Below, one piece after another: positions 37,011-50,554 of a DNA stretch of 64,000 nucleotides (positions within the stretch are counted from its first letter, which is position 1; each line of letters opens with the position of its first letter). The notes beneath the pieces were generated by a model. The model did no database searches. It was not told the DNA's origin and saw nothing but the letters and a program-made list of their open reading frames with translations. Source of the stretch: Octopus sinensis (Eukaryota). Both the position numbers and the translations under genes were made by a program. The stretch covers positions 91,264,001 to 91,328,000 of the forward strand of contig NC_043006.1 in assembly GCF_006345805.1 (NCBI RefSeq). Direction: 5' to 3'.

Positions 37011-38376
37011 ATGGCTACTGGTCACCACGAGGCCGAGGCGCAAGTCAAGCGTGACGGCGAAATAAAAGAGCAAGATTTCCTGTCACTAAAAAGTGAACCT
37101 GGCAGTTTGAACGCCACTAACACCACCACCACCATCAACATCAACAACAGCAACAACTACAAAACAAAGGTCGCAAGGCCAAGCACCGTCACCGCCACCA
37201 ATGATTCCACCATCAACACCGAAACCACCACCATGGCAGCTTCTGCTACTACAACTGCTACCTCTGCTAACGATACCACTACCAACAACAACAACAACAA
37301 AATCAAGATCACCAGACCAATCACCATCACCGCCACCAAAGACCGTGCCGTCAATACCAATGCCACCACTTCTATATCTGCTACTACAGTTGCCTCCCTT
37401 GCCACTAACACCACCGCCGCCATCAAGAACGAAAATAACAACAATAACAACAACAACAATTCCCTTCAGCCTTTGCTCCCTCCACCACCAACAACTGAAG
37501 GAGAGAAAGAAAAAGCCGCGAACACCAAACGAAATGCCGAAATTTGCTCAAACGCAGGGGCAAATTATGCAAACAATTTTCCACCCCTTCCTAGTTGCAT
37601 AATCAACAACAATACACCGAATATACCAACTGCTATCAACACCAACACCACCACCAGCAACAACAATAACAAAACAATAACAAACTTCGCCGAGGCGATA
37701 AAAGAAAAAAAGACAATAGTATCGTTTACTGCACAGCAGATAAAAGATACTGAAGCATTAATCACCAAAGAAAATGGCAAAGTGCAACTAAATATACCAC
37801 AACACGTACTGGATGACGAAAAAAAAGAAAACAATTATATATAAAATAATAAACAGCACAACAAAAAGTCCAGAAAAAGCAATCACAGACAAAATCGAAA
37901 AATGCCTACGCCCTATCTGGGGATACAAAGAGTATGTAACTTGGTCGAACAAGTTTGCCCACGTACAGGTAGCTTTTCAAAATGAAGAGTTAGCAAAACA
38001 ATTCTCAACGCTAACTCTTCATTCAGACGAGCTAACAATGATACCCAGCTACCTTGGCCAGAGGGTAACAAAAGTCATTATCAATAATGTCCCTCAAACA
38101 GCAGATACAATATGGGTAACATCGGCCATATGTGTCGAAATGGAGGACATAAATATCTTACAGATCGCTGTTTCTGAACACAAGGACTGGGTGGGAAAGA
38201 GACTGGAGATTCTCCTCCACATAAACCAAGACGCCATTAACAAAATACCCACCCATATGCATCTTGCGGAAGACCACAAATTGTACGTAGTAGTCGAGGG
38301 CAGAAGACCACGCTGCTATATATACGGCAGTGAAGCACACCTCAAAAAGGATTGCAAATCTGCCGCGAAACAATGA
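37011..38376 (+). pseudogene. Tx1 ORF1 (T/N-rich N-terminus, RRM-like domain, degenerate zinc knuckle), frameshifted near 37820-37840
   Basis: ORFs 36945-37844 and 37813-38376 overlap at an A-run. The ATG is at 37011. Confidence 0.75.
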
Positions 38377-39204
38377 CAACAACAACAGCCGCAGGAAAAA
38401 AAAGCCACGGCTAATCAAGCAGCTATATGCGGATATGCAAGAAAAGCAACAAAGAAAGGACCAACCCGACCAAACAGCACCACCACCTGCGCCAAGAACA
38501 GAATCAACACCACCAACAACAACTAAACCAATTCCAACACCAAGAACACCAACGAAGAAGACAAGCACCAAGGATGTAGAAGAGACAATCACCACACCAA
38601 ACCCCCCAGCAACACCCACCCCCGCACACCACAACAATATCTACAACCGCACAAACAGACCCAGATGCTTTGCCTTTACCCCCTTCTGATTCGTCAGACT
38701 TTTCGTCTAACGATTAAAGCGCAACAGAACGGCAAATAGCAACCGAGAGTAAAAGAAAAAGATAAAAAAAACAAACAAACAAGCAAATGCAACCAAAGCA
38801 GGGAGATATCTGAACCCTGAAAGCTCCGTACACAACCAAACCAGCACTAACACCACAAAAACACACACAATGCCATCAGCGATAGACACCAAAGACTCAA
38901 AATTAATGGAGTACATCACAGCCCTCACAAACATCTGTGAAGATGACTTCAAAACTAACAACCATCCACGCACTACACCACCCAAACACATCAAAATACT
39001 ACACATTACACAAACACAACATCACACACTCAAAGCCCTCTTTCCAAATGCGGTTGAGGGGTTTCAAAAGTATCTAACAAAAAAACTCTATAAAAACCTC
39101 GTCCAAGACACATCAAAGGACGAGGAAGCCAAAACTTTCGACACAAGCAAGTATCTCTCTGTACCTTCCTTTTTGTGTTTTAAAGCACACACCTCAATAG
39201 GATC

Positions 39205-41266
39205 ATGGTCAAGATTGGTTGTGTGAATGCGCGTGGCTTGTGGTCTCCTTGGAAACAAGGGTACCTCCTAAATGACATCAAGTCACACGATTTGGAAATC
39301 ATAGCCATAAGTGAGACCAGACTTCACGAGCCACGGGCCCTAAAGTCCATGTTTGGCGGACAGTTTAACATTTATTTTGCTCCCTGTCTGCCGAGGATGG
39401 GCGGCAGTGGCACCACGGTACTTTTTCACAAGATCTCGAAGTCAAGACGATATTCGTAGACCCGAAGGGTAGACTGGTCGTCCTGGATGTTGACGGCAGC
39501 AATGGGTGCGCTTTTCGACTCGTATCAGTCTACGCACGGCCTTTAACAGGTCGGGCGGATTTCTTTCGACGTCTAGAAGTATTCCTGGGAACGTCTCGTC
39601 CTTTACTTTTAGTGGGGGATTGGAATGCTACCTTGGACACGCATCTAGACTGTATGGGGAGAGACAAAAACAGAAGGGGATGCAAATGCCTCAGAGACCT
39701 GCTCAGACGATTCCAACTGTCTGGAGCAACCGCAGTGGGTCGTCGAGATCGTATCTAGATAGGATACTGTGTAGGACAATAAACAGGGATAATTTAGGAT
39801 GTCCACAATTCCACACAGTCAGCTACACGGATCACAAATTCATGTCGTGTACGCTAGACTTAGATAAGGTACATAGACAGGGTCCTGGTTACAGGAAACT
39901 AAACGCATCTTTCCCGTCCAGACAGGTTTTCAGAGACAGAATCAGCACGTTAGTAAAGATGGCTTTAACGGGAGCCATCGTCAACAACAAATGGTGGTTC
40001 GCCTTCAAGAGAGCAGTAAAAGCGGAAGCAATTAGATATAGCAAGTCACTAGCCGTAGATAGAAATAGAGTAGAGGGTGAGTTAGTTAAGAAGTTAGAAG
40101 AAGCAATAACAAGCGGCATCACATCCGACGTTTTGGCTGCGAGGTTGGCCCTCGACCAACACTTCAACGCCAAACATAAAGGGTGTGTTGTCAGGGCTAG
40201 GATGCGTGCTCTAAGGATGGAAAGTGTTGGAGCCGTGAGAGAGGCCCGGGTGGCGGAGGCGCAGCAGGGCAACAAAGCCACCATTCGGTCTCTGGTAGAC
40301 GAACAAGGGCGCGAATTGCTCGAGCCCAGCAAGATGTGCGAGGTATTTCAGCGGCACTTTGCCCGACTGTACGGGACGAGTGGCGAGCGTGAACGCAGGA
40401 TGGACTTCAGTGCCTACCTGCACAGACTTCCACAACTCTCGGCAAGAGAGGCAGAGTGCTGCGAAGGTGCCACCACGGCGACGGATGTGCGGGACGCGAT
40501 GGCAGAATGCTCGAGAGACAAATCGCCGGGTTTGGATGGTCTGCCCTACGAGTTTTACAATTGTATGCCAGACTTGTTTGGAGACGTCTTGGCAGTGGTA
40601 TACTGCAACTGACAGCAAAACGGGAGCATACCCGGTTTTGTGAGTCTAGGAGCCGTAACGCTGCTGAAGAAAGATCCAAACAAAGGGGTCATTGTAGATA
40701 ACTTTGGGCCCATCACTCTGCTCAATGCAGACCTGAAAATTTTGATCAAGGTGTTAGCCAAGAGGTTGGCGCTTGTCATCGAGAAACTGGTCGATAGGGC
40801 GTAAACGTGCGCCGTGCCGGGCCGGAGGATCTATGACAACCTCCACCTGATGCGCTACATCATAGACAGAGTAGTTAAGGAACCTGGCATGGGTGGGGCC
40901 CTGATCAATTTGGATCAATCGAAAGCGTTCGATAGGGTAAACCATCGATACTTGGAGGCAGTCCTGAGAGCGGCTGGTTTCGGTCCCGTCTTCCGCGGCT
41001 GGATAGCTGTTTTATACAGAGGTATCCGTTCGGTAATTAGCGTAAATGGACATCTATCGAGACCTTTCGACATTGCACATTTGGTCCGTCAGGGATGCCC
41101 CCTCTCGTCGCTTCTATACGTATTGACTCTCGAGCCACTACTGCGGAAGCTGGCGACTCTGAGGGGCATCCCGCGACAACTGGGATGCGGAACGAGCGTG
41201 TCTGCATACGCAGACGACGTCACCGTCATAGTGTCAAACCACGAGCACATCGAGCTGGTCGTGAAA
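39205..41266 (+). pseudogene. Tx1 ORF2 (APE endonuclease and RT), with multiple frameshifts and stops
   Basis: Pieces 39205-39459, about 39730-40612 and 40814-41266 carry consecutive APE and RT motifs. Confidence 0.88.
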
Positions 41267-41704
41267 GTTATTATTATGATATATTATATAATTATTATTG
41301 TAGAAAGAGACTTCCATAGTCGCTCTATCTCCATAACTTACAAAGCCTTCCGGTTTGTTTACAAATATATATATATGTACATATGCACACAATGAAATAT
41401 AAAAAAAATATTCGAAGAATAAAATGGATTTCACGATAAGCACTCCATTTGGAGATCCGGCTATCAGGTAGACACCAATTATATTCAGGATGCAATTTCA
41501 CGTGACTGCGCGCGTGAAAATCTAGGAAACATTTACGCACAGTGTATAATAATGATAATCCATTTAAATACAGATGTGAGGGGCAAATGAGAGTTGATTC
41601 TGAAAGTTTACAGCTGTTCCATAAATTGTTTTCATTTCATCTAATGTATCTGATTAACTGTGCTGTGTATACGTGTATGGTTTACCTTTACCTTTGTGTG
41701 TGTG

Positions 41705-41787
<83 letters not shown>

Positions 41788-42199
41788 GTATGTATGGATT
41801 CATTTCCTGTAAATTAGGATATTGTTGATAGCGAGAATCATAATGATAGACGTATTAATAATGGAAACGACAACGACGATAATTTTGATTGTGCACACCT
41901 CGGGCAGAAAGCGTTCCAGGCGTGACCAATCCATCTTCTTTGTGAGGTGTCTAAGATGACATTGATACATCTTTTATAAGATGCTTTAATATGATATGAG
42001 GGAGACTAAGCTGCTGTTTCTAGTAGGTCGAGTGACCATAAAATAGCTGCCTTGATGTTGTATAGTTCACCTGATGTCAGCTCTGACTGGACAAACCTAT
42101 GGTGAAATACATTCCATTAACGACCACCCCCACTTCATTTCAAACATTTTTTCACTCATGTATTTCTTTTAAAGCTGGTCTGGTGTAATTTGAAGCAGG

Positions 42200-43130
42200 T
42201 TCGGTGGTCATGGTGATGGTGGTGGTGGTGGTGGTGGTGAAAGTATTGGTGGTTATGGCGATGGTTGTAGTGAGGTTGTGGTGGTGATGGTGTTGTTGGT
42301 GGTGAGAGGGAACGAGAAGGGCAGACGAAGAAGAACCGAGTCTCCATCTGCTGCAGTAATCGACGCAATAGGATTGCGCATCAGAACAAGTGTGTGTATG
42401 TGAGTGTGTGTGCGTGTGTGTGTGTGGGGTGGTGGTGGTGGTGGTGGTGGGAGTGTATGATGAATAAGTAAACACGGTACCGTGGTACGAAGAGTTGAGG
42501 TGGAAATAGAGAATAATGCGGGAGGTGAGGGTGGGGATGGGGTGATTATTGTTGGGAGAATGGGATGAGAGAGAGAGGGTGGAGGGAGCGAGAGAGAGAG
42601 GGAGAGAAAAACGGGAGGAAGAGGGGTAGGAAAGATATAGGAAAAGAGAGGGAGAGTGAGACAGGATGAGAGAAGGAAAGAAAGAGGGAGAGAGACAGAG
42701 AGAAGATGAGGTAGGGGTCGGGTGCGAGGAGGATGGTGGTGTGCGGTGGCAGCGGTGGTGATGATGATTACGATGATTGTAATGATGATGATGATGGTTA
42801 TGATGATGATTGATGACAAAGATTGATGATTGATGGTGTTGACGGTAACGATGTTGATTAATTGTGATGATGATGATCATCATCATGATGGCGGATGGAG
42901 ATGAGAGTGGCTGATGACGACGTCGATGATGATGATGATGACGATGATGATGATGATGATGATAGTGTGTTAATGAGGAGATGCTGCGGGTGGCAGTTGA
43001 TGAACGACTGTTATGTGAGATGATGTGGTGAGCGAATGCCATTAACCATGCGGCTTCCGCTGCTGCTGCTGCTGTTGGTGCTCATGATAATGGTAATGAT
43101 GTTGATGATGGTGACGGTATCGAGATGGGG
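42200..43130. repeat. Mixed (GGT)/(GAT)/(GA)/(TG) low-complexity block
   Basis: Direct reading; this explains the His/Thr/Ser-rich ORFs. Confidence 0.85.
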
Positions 43131-43216
43131 GGGGGAGTGATGTAGGAATGATGGGAAGAGAACGGAGGGAAAAGATAGATTCGAAACCTATTCAATCATC
43201 TTGTCAGCTATCGATA

Positions 43217-43283
<67 letters not shown>

Positions 43284-44230
43284 TAGTTTGTAATGTCATC
43301 ATAGAATGGCTTCACAAAATTCTTGGTGGTAATGGTCATTGGTGGTTGTAGCGCGATGAAGATGATGACAACGATGACGATGATTTTGATGGAGATAACG
43401 ATGATGATGATGATGATGATGCTCATGATTTTGGTAATGAATTTACGACAATTAAAACGCTGATCGATGATGATGATGATGATAGTGATAATGATAATGT
43501 TGATGACAGTGATGTTAACACTCATTATTCCAGTCAGTCAATCAATCCGCCAATCACGGCTGCTGTGTGACCCCCCCCCCCTCATTATACATAACTGAGT
43601 CCATGGCTCTCCACATACGGAAGTATCTACGTGGATCGCTCTCTTTGCTAGATGTAGTAGCCAAGTCTTCCTCGAACAGCACCCTGTCCCGTCAGAAAAA
43701 GGTCACCTTGGATAATACCCAGCGCATACCGATGCCTTGAAATCCGACATAGCCAAATCCTTTTGGGGAGAGAATTGCTTGCTCAGAACCGAATTGGGGA
43801 TAAACAACAGCAGCAAGAAGAAGAAGAAGGAGAAGAAGAACAACAACAACAATAATTAGCATCACAACAAACAACTACGACGATGACGACCACCTCCATG
43901 TCAACAATAGTCACAACAACAACAACGATAACAACAATCGCCATGAAAATATCAGAACGATATCTCGAATTATAAACAGCGACAATAGATACAACAACTG
44001 TTGCGATAACCATAACAATCACATAACCACCACCACCACCACCACCGCTACGACTGCTTCTTGCATTACGAAACCCCCACAGAAAGAAGTCAATGAAGAA
44101 ACGCCCACCCGCCACCCGCAAACTCCATCTGCGAAAACCAGCGCAGCCATCATATCAGTCGCAACTCAGTCGATCTGATTGAACCAAAGTAACAATTTGT
44201 TCGATTTTCCACTTGCCAATACAATCTGTA

Positions 44231-44460
44231 AAGGTGCATGGCCGAGTGGTTAGGGTGCTTGCACTCCATTTCGTAAGATCGCGATTTCAATTCCCAAACC
44301 GGGCGGTACTTTGGAGTTCATACGAAAAACACTTCATATCACGTTGGCCCAGTCCACTCGGCTGTGAATAAGTAACCCTGCAATGGATTTATGTCTCGTT
44401 CGGGGGCGGGGGATGATGTGCCCTGGGTCACTTAAACACCACGTAAACCGAGTAACCGGC
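44231..44460 (+). mobile_element. tRNA-derived SINE with V-domain-like centre
   Basis: A box TGGCCGAGTGGTTAGGG, B-box-like GATTTCAATTCCC, then CAGTCCACTCGGCTGTGAATAAGTAACCCTGCAATGGATT. Confidence 0.6.
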
Positions 44461-44527
44461 ACCGAAGGTCTTTGGCACGCGAGGGCCTTTGCCATCCGAA
44501 GGCCTTTGGCACCGAGGGTCTTTGGTA
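44458..44527. repeat. Four 16-17 bp tandem units (GGCACCGAAGGTCTTT)
   Basis: ggcaccgaaggtcttt / ggcacgcgagggccttt / gccatccgaaggccttt / ggcaccgagggtcttt. Confidence 0.8.
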
Positions 44528-44579
44528 GTAACGTCTAAGTGTGGATGGATGCAATTCCTCACAGAAGCGTCACCGTGTC

Positions 44580-44955
44580 TTTTATTCTTTTACTTGCTTC
44601 GGTCATTAGACTGCGGCTATGCTGGGGCACCGCCTAGACGAAGTTTTAGTTCAATTAATTGACGCCAGGACATTTTAAAGCTTGGTGTTTATTCTGTCGG
44701 TTTCTTTTGTTGAACCGTTATGTTACGTGGGATATAAAAACACCAGCAAGTGGTAGTGGAAGACAAAACACAGACACGCACACACATACACACGCGCTGA
44801 GCTTGTTTTGGTTTCCATCTACCAAATCCAAATCTATTCACAAATCTTTGGTCGGCCCGAAGCTTTAGTAGAAGACATTTTCTCAAGGTGCCACGCTGTT
44901 GGACCGAACCCGGAACCGTGTGCTTGGGAAACAAGCTTCTTACCACTCAGTCACG
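44580..44955 (-). mobile_element. SINE family A
   Basis: Minus strand: GTGACTGAGTGGTAAGAAGC...GGGTTCGGTCC...GGGCCGACCAAAGATTTGTG...CCCCAGCATAGCCGCAGTCTAATGACCGAAGCAAGTAAAAG. Confidence 0.8.
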
Positions 44956-45650
44956 TTTTTTTTTCTAGTGACAAGTGGAATTTGAATTCAGGACGCACAG
45001 ATCCGAAGCACGAAAGAATCCTCGATTGGTCTAGCATTTTCACTAATCAACCATCCGGGCCTAGTACTTTATTTATCCACGGGATGTGAGCTCAGAGCGC
45101 AGAGAATTGGGACTAGAAAGGGTTCTAATTGTCACCGGGACCAGACAAGTTATTCCTCACATCGGAGGAAGGCAACCATCGCAGATTTCGAGTCGAATCT
45201 GTGATTGAAACTGGAAAAAGAAAAAGGAAAGACGACCTCAGTTGGATTTTGAACCGAGAACATAAAGACTGGCAACTAAGAATCGCAAGGTTCTTTGCCT
45301 GTCGCTCTACCGATTATTGCATTGCTGACGATAGAGGTTATGTTTATAATGATTGTGCTTCTTACTGTTTACTGCTTCTACTAAAACCACCATTAGATCC
45401 ATTGTCACTCCTCCTCCTCCTCCTCCTACTGTTGTGCTACAGCAAATACAAATGTTATTGATGTTGTTGTAGCATCTGTGCTGCTGGTGACTAAGCAGTA
45501 TGAAACGACTAGAGATATAGAGAAAGATAAAAGATAAGGGAGAGAGAAAGAGAGAGAGGGAGAGAGAGAAAGAGAGAGAGGGAGAGAGAGAAAGAGTGAG
45601 AATAAGAACTATAGAATGAAAAGATAAACGAGAGAGAGAGAGAGAGAGAG

Positions 45651-45706
<56 letters not shown>

Positions 45707-46406
45707 ACTGCTCGAGAAGAGAGGAATGGTGCGCAAATGAAGTTATCAAGATTGTGGATCTTCAAAATTATATCAATTTTCACAGCAGTTCTTCAAAATG
45801 GAATTATTAGAAGTTCGATTTCACTGGAGGGCTTGCAGATTTCAGATTAAGCGCCCCCTCGCCGAAAAGGTTGATATTAAATTCAAGGTCACATGCTAAT
45901 AACGCCAGTCGTGTTAAGGAAATAACAAAATCGAAAAACAATTTCATGAAGAAGCTCTAAGTGAATTTTTCGTTGGAGTTTTATCAATTGAATCGAACAA
46001 ACTTTACTTTGTTCTTCTTTTCATTGAGCGACCAGCAACGGACTTGAATGTGCAAGAATTAGACGCGAAACAAAACTAGTTACAGCAGCGTATCCAGTTC
46101 AATCTTTTACTGCTGCCAACTTCAGTCGTCGTGTTAACCGTCTTTTGGACATGGATCGACAGGGTTAGCCAAAAGTTACCTGACTGCAAATCAAAGCCCA
46201 TTTAATTCTAAAGATTAAAGCAAAAAAATATTTTATATGAGACTTCGCTAATAAATTGACAAATGTTGGCGTGGGGGGCGGGGAACGTTGATTTTTTAAA
46301 ACTCACAACATTCGATTATTAAACATTCATAATTGGAATGAATAAATAAAATTGAATATCAAGTATTTATTGAATTTTGATTTACTGTCGGGGTACTTGT
46401 GGACAT

Positions 46407-46447
<41 letters not shown>

Positions 46448-46454
46448 AGCATGA

Positions 46455-46825
46455 CAACGGGGTTAAGAAACGCGCTTTGCAACCACAACGTTTAGGGTTC
46501 AGCCTCGCCACGTGGTATCTCGAGCTGGTGTCTTCTACTATAGCCCTGGGTCAACTAATGCCTTGTGAGCGAATCTGGTGGACGGAAGCTGTGGAGGTAC
46601 GTCACATATATAACAATATATGTGTGTGTATTTGTGCTTGTGTATGAGTCCCCTGCAGAGAACTGGTGTTGGTTTGTTTACATCCCCATGATTTAGTGGT
46701 TTAGAGAAAAGAGTAATAGTCAGATTTAAAAATGGTACTGGGGCCTAAATGTTCTAATAAATCCCTCAAGGTGATGCCCCAGCATGGCTGTTGTCCAATG
46801 ACAGAAACAAGTAAAAAATCAAAAG
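46455..46825 (+). mobile_element. SINE family A, degenerate
   Basis: GGGTTCAGCC...GTGTCTTCTACTATAGCCCTGGG...GCCCCAGCATGGCTG...ATGACAGAAACAAGTAAAA. Confidence 0.75.
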
Positions 46826-47441
46826 TAAGAATTCGTGACGGAGAATTACGTAGAGCAGTTTTTCTCGAACTGGGTGATAATGTCTTCTTGTGACGGAGAG
46901 AAGGGATACTGTGTGAGCTCGTACGGGATGCAGAAAATTCCCCGTGGGTGTAACAGGAGGCACTGGATGTTTAAAAGGGTCGTAACTGTTCTTAGAAATA
47001 AAGTACACAATGAATGTAAAATGCTTATAGTTTAAAACACATTCCATTTTTTTATGTCTTTATCGTTTGGAATTATGGGTAAAATGTGATATCGGTGAAT
47101 AGAAACAAAACCGATGCTAAACCACAACACAGATTAATTTCCACTTTGATAAGAATAATCATTTTTTTTTGTTTTCTCTTTTGCAAATATGGGAGAGGGG
47201 TGTTTGTAAAAGGGCATTCAGGGAAAGGAGACACTCTAAAGGGTTGAACAGCACTGATGTGGAGCAAAGAGCAAACCTATAGGATACAGCATTCAATTTA
47301 GATTCTAGATTAAAGAGAACTTGGCAGCATGTACCATACTTTCTCTAGTTGTTTTAGGTGCCCGTGAAGTCATCAGTACAGTCATCCCCTCGACTCTCCC
47401 ACCCTTTTGAAGCAGCGGAATCTCGAAAATGTGATAACTAG

Positions 47442-47512
<71 letters not shown>

Positions 47513-47849
47513 CGGCATTGCTTTCCAGCTGGAACTTCTTTTCATCTGAGTCGACTGGATCAACGTGGAATGAAGTGCCTTGTCCAAGGGGACAATGCGC
47601 CACTCCGTCCATGGCTTGAACCCATAATATTAGGATGGTGAAGCAAATACCCTTAGCTATTTGACCACCTGCCTTTGGCATTTCAAAAGATTTTCTCCTG
47701 GCTAATCCAAACTGCGATTCATCGTTCGATTATCGAATTCCATCAGGTTTCCGTGCCCTCAGCCTTCCATTCTCTATAATTCACAACATTTCTGTATCAC
47801 AGATTTCTATAAATTCACTTTATCTGCTTCTAGTTACCGTTTCTCATAT

Positions 47850-48060
47850 ATTGGTTTCAGATTTTGGCACAAGGCCAGCAATGTCGAAGGAAGGTGTACA
47901 TCGATTACATTGACACCAGTGCACAACTGGTACTTATTTTATCGACCTCGAAAGGATGAAAGGCAAAGTCGGCAACGGAGGGGTTTGGACTCAGAACGTA
48001 AAGACGAATGCTGATTAGCATTTTGCTTGGCATGCGAACGATTCTGCCAGCTCGGTGCCT
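47850..48060 (-). mobile_element. SINE family B
   Basis: GAGCTGGCAGAATCGTTCGC...CTTTGCCTTTCATCCTTTCGAGGTCGATAAAATAAGTACC...GCTGGCCTTGTGCCAAAATC. Confidence 0.8.
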
Positions 48061-48834
48061 TCATAATTCCTGACAACACGGAATTTACGGGAGACAAGGA
48101 ATTCACAACTTCCCATATCTTCTACTTCTAAAATAGAAAGTACTGTGTCTGGTTCCTCCTCCTTCTAGAATGATCCAGTTCATAGCAGATCAATACGCTA
48201 AGAGTTTGCCGTATTTGATGGCATAAAAGACTCCCAGGCATTTTGGACGCGCTCCAATTTCAGCAGCGCGTATTCAGGAAGGTACAAAAAAAAAAATGGG
48301 ATTTAAATGCATTAAAGCTTATCGGAGGATCAACCTCGCATATAGGTCCCGCTGGGGATTTTTCAGAAATTTCATGTGAAAGAAAGTGCATCTTGTCATT
48401 AAATGCAATATTTAAATCATTCGATCTGCTGTAAACAGCAACCAAATCACTTTTGTATCACATTCTACTGTTCTGGAAAAAAAAAGCATATATTTGATAG
48501 AGTAGTTTTAGAAACTCCTAAAAGGACAGGATAGCCACGATCAGAATGTCTTTCACTATAAATGTCTCCTGATCTGATGTGACGTGTAACAAAAACAACT
48601 TTTACACTTACGTAAAACAGTAATCGAAATTCCTTTTATACGGCAATTGGCGACCAATTGCATCGTTGGTTATCATGATTACCAAAAGGTCAACCACTAA
48701 TGCCCTATAAAAGTGATAAGGGAGTGTCTGTAAGTTGACACAGAGCAAATATTACAAGTGAATTTCTAAAAGCATTGGTATTTCCGTTCTTCTGCGTTGA
48801 CGTGTACATAAAATAAACACACATAGACCACACG

Positions 48835-48872
<38 letters not shown>

Positions 48873-49219
48873 CGCGTGCGTGCGTTTGGCAATTGTATAC
48901 ATTGGCAAGCAAAGTAGAGGACGAAAAGCAGACGCTTCCTTCCGAATGAATTCCTTGGCGCTTCTGAGTCAAATCACGAATGTTTCTTTGTCACTCGCAT
49001 CGCCAGACATAGATTGAAGTAATGATCGGTTGGAAACATGCAACCAAAACAGCAGGGCTCAGAACTGTCTCCATTCATCCGATACTAGTCAACCAATGAC
49101 TAAAGGACACCTGCCCAAAATGCCAGGCAGCAGAAACCTGGAATTTCAGGATGGAAGGGGAATTCCTTCACAACACAACCACGTCTGCTGCTTCTTCATA
49201 TTGTTCGAAACACAACCGT

Positions 49220-49583
49220 TATTCTTTTACTTGTTTCAGTCAATTGACTGCGGCCATGCTAGGGCAACGCTTTGAAGAGTTCTAGTAGAACGAATCTACC
49301 CTAGAACTTGCTAGGTATTTATTCTATCGGTTTCTTTTGTCGAACCACTGAGTTACAGGGACGTAAACATACCAACACTGGTTCTCAAATGGTAGTAGGG
49401 GCAAACACGAACGCAAAGACACACAGGAACACATGTACGACGGGATTCTTTCAGTACCAAATCAATTCACAAGCTTTGATCGGCCCGATGGTATTGCAGA
49501 AGACACTTGCCACACATTGGAACTGAACCTAGAATCATGGGGTTAAGAAACAAACTTCTTACCATACCACCATGCCTGCACCT
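49220..49583 (-). mobile_element. SINE family A
   Basis: AGGTGCAGGCATGGTGG...GGCAAGTGTCTTC...CATGGCCGCAGTCAATTGACTGAAACAAGTAAAAG. Confidence 0.8.
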
Positions 49584-49659
49584 TTGACAACAACAACAAC
49601 AAACAAACAAACAAAAATCAAAACACAAACAATTAAATCTTGAAATTTCTTCAGTGGTT

Positions 49660-50057
49660 TTATTCCTGCTTTCCACCGGTTCAATCGTGGCACTCCGCCG
49701 GTTACTACGACGAGGGTTCCAGTTGATCCGATCAACGGAACAGCCTGCTCGTGAAATTAACGTGCAAGTGGCTGAGTACACCACAGACACGTGTACTCTT
49801 AACGTGGTTCTCGGGATGATTCAGTGTGACAAGGCTGGCCCTTTGAAATACAGGTACAATAGAAATAGGAAGAAAGAGTGAGAGAAAGTTGTGGTGAAAG
49901 AGTACAGCAGGGTTCGGCACCACCCCCTGCCAGAGCCTCGTGAAGCTTTAGGTGTTTTCGCTCAATAAACACTCTCAATGCCCGGTCTAGGAATCGAAAC
50001 CGCAATCCCACGATCGCGAGTCCGCTGCCCTAACCACTGGGCCATTGCGCCTCCACA
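49660..50057 (-). mobile_element. SINE family C (different 3' half from 19396-19655)
   Basis: GGAGGCGCAATGGCCCAGTGGTTAGGGCAGCGG...GGTTTCGATTCC. It matches the 19.4 kb copy up to CTCTTTCACCAC and diverges afterwards. Confidence 0.8.
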
Positions 50058-50120
50058 CCGGTTCAATAAAGTAGAAACGTATCATAAGAAGGAATTTTCG
50101 ATCCCTCTTTCACCTTAAAA

Positions 50121-50554
50121 CAACGTTTCTCAGCCATCTTTTACTTATCGACCCTTTTGCCACGAATGATGAACCCTAATAAACAGTCGATGTTAAAAAA
50201 AACCCTATATTTTTTTATAATTAAATGTTTTTACGAATTTGTATTTTAAAGAATTGTCAAAATATTTGGTGCATTGCAGAAAAATTTTAACAACAAAATC
50301 TTATAGGGACCCACAAGGGCCATGTGGACCCCAAGGGCCATGTGGACTCCCAAGGGCCATGTGGACTCCAAGGGCCATGTGGACCCACAACGGCTATGTG
50401 GACTCCCAAGGGCCATATGGACTCTCATGGGCCATGTAGACCCCCATGGGCCGTGTAGACCCCCATGGGCCATGTGGACTCCCAAGGGCCATGTGAACTC
50501 CCAAGGGCCATGTGGACTCTCAAGGGTCATATAGACCCTGGTTGAGAAGCACTG
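50121..50554. mobile_element. hAT (Charlie/Buster-type) MITE with a perfect 8 bp TSD
   Basis: CCTTAAAA at both 50113-50120 and 50555-50562. TIRs CAACGTTTCTCAGCC and GGTTGAGAAGCACTG (11/15). Confidence 0.88.
50307..50538. repeat. 18-19 bp minisatellite (GGACTCCCAAGGGCCATGT) x12 inside the MITE
   Basis: Twelve units counted by eye. Confidence 0.92.

Larger units (their letters stand above)
36860..41266 (+). mobile_element. Tx1-clade (L1-related) LINE, copy 1: ORF1 plus APE-RT ORF2, 3' part missing after YADD
   Basis: ORF1 has an RRM-like region and VVVEGRRPRCYIYGSEAHLKKDC. ORF2 has GCVNARGL, ISETRL, GDWNA, YLDRIL, YTDHK, KSPGLDGLPYEFY, LDQSKAFDRVNH, VRQGCPLS and YADD. Confidence 0.9.

Noticed and set aside
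43580-43800. Possible LINE C-terminal remnant
   Set aside because: Only vague similarity in one frame containing a stop; cannot be supported.
50307-50538. CRISPR-like array
   Set aside because: The units are contiguous with no unique spacers, the context is eukaryotic, and it lies inside a hAT MITE.
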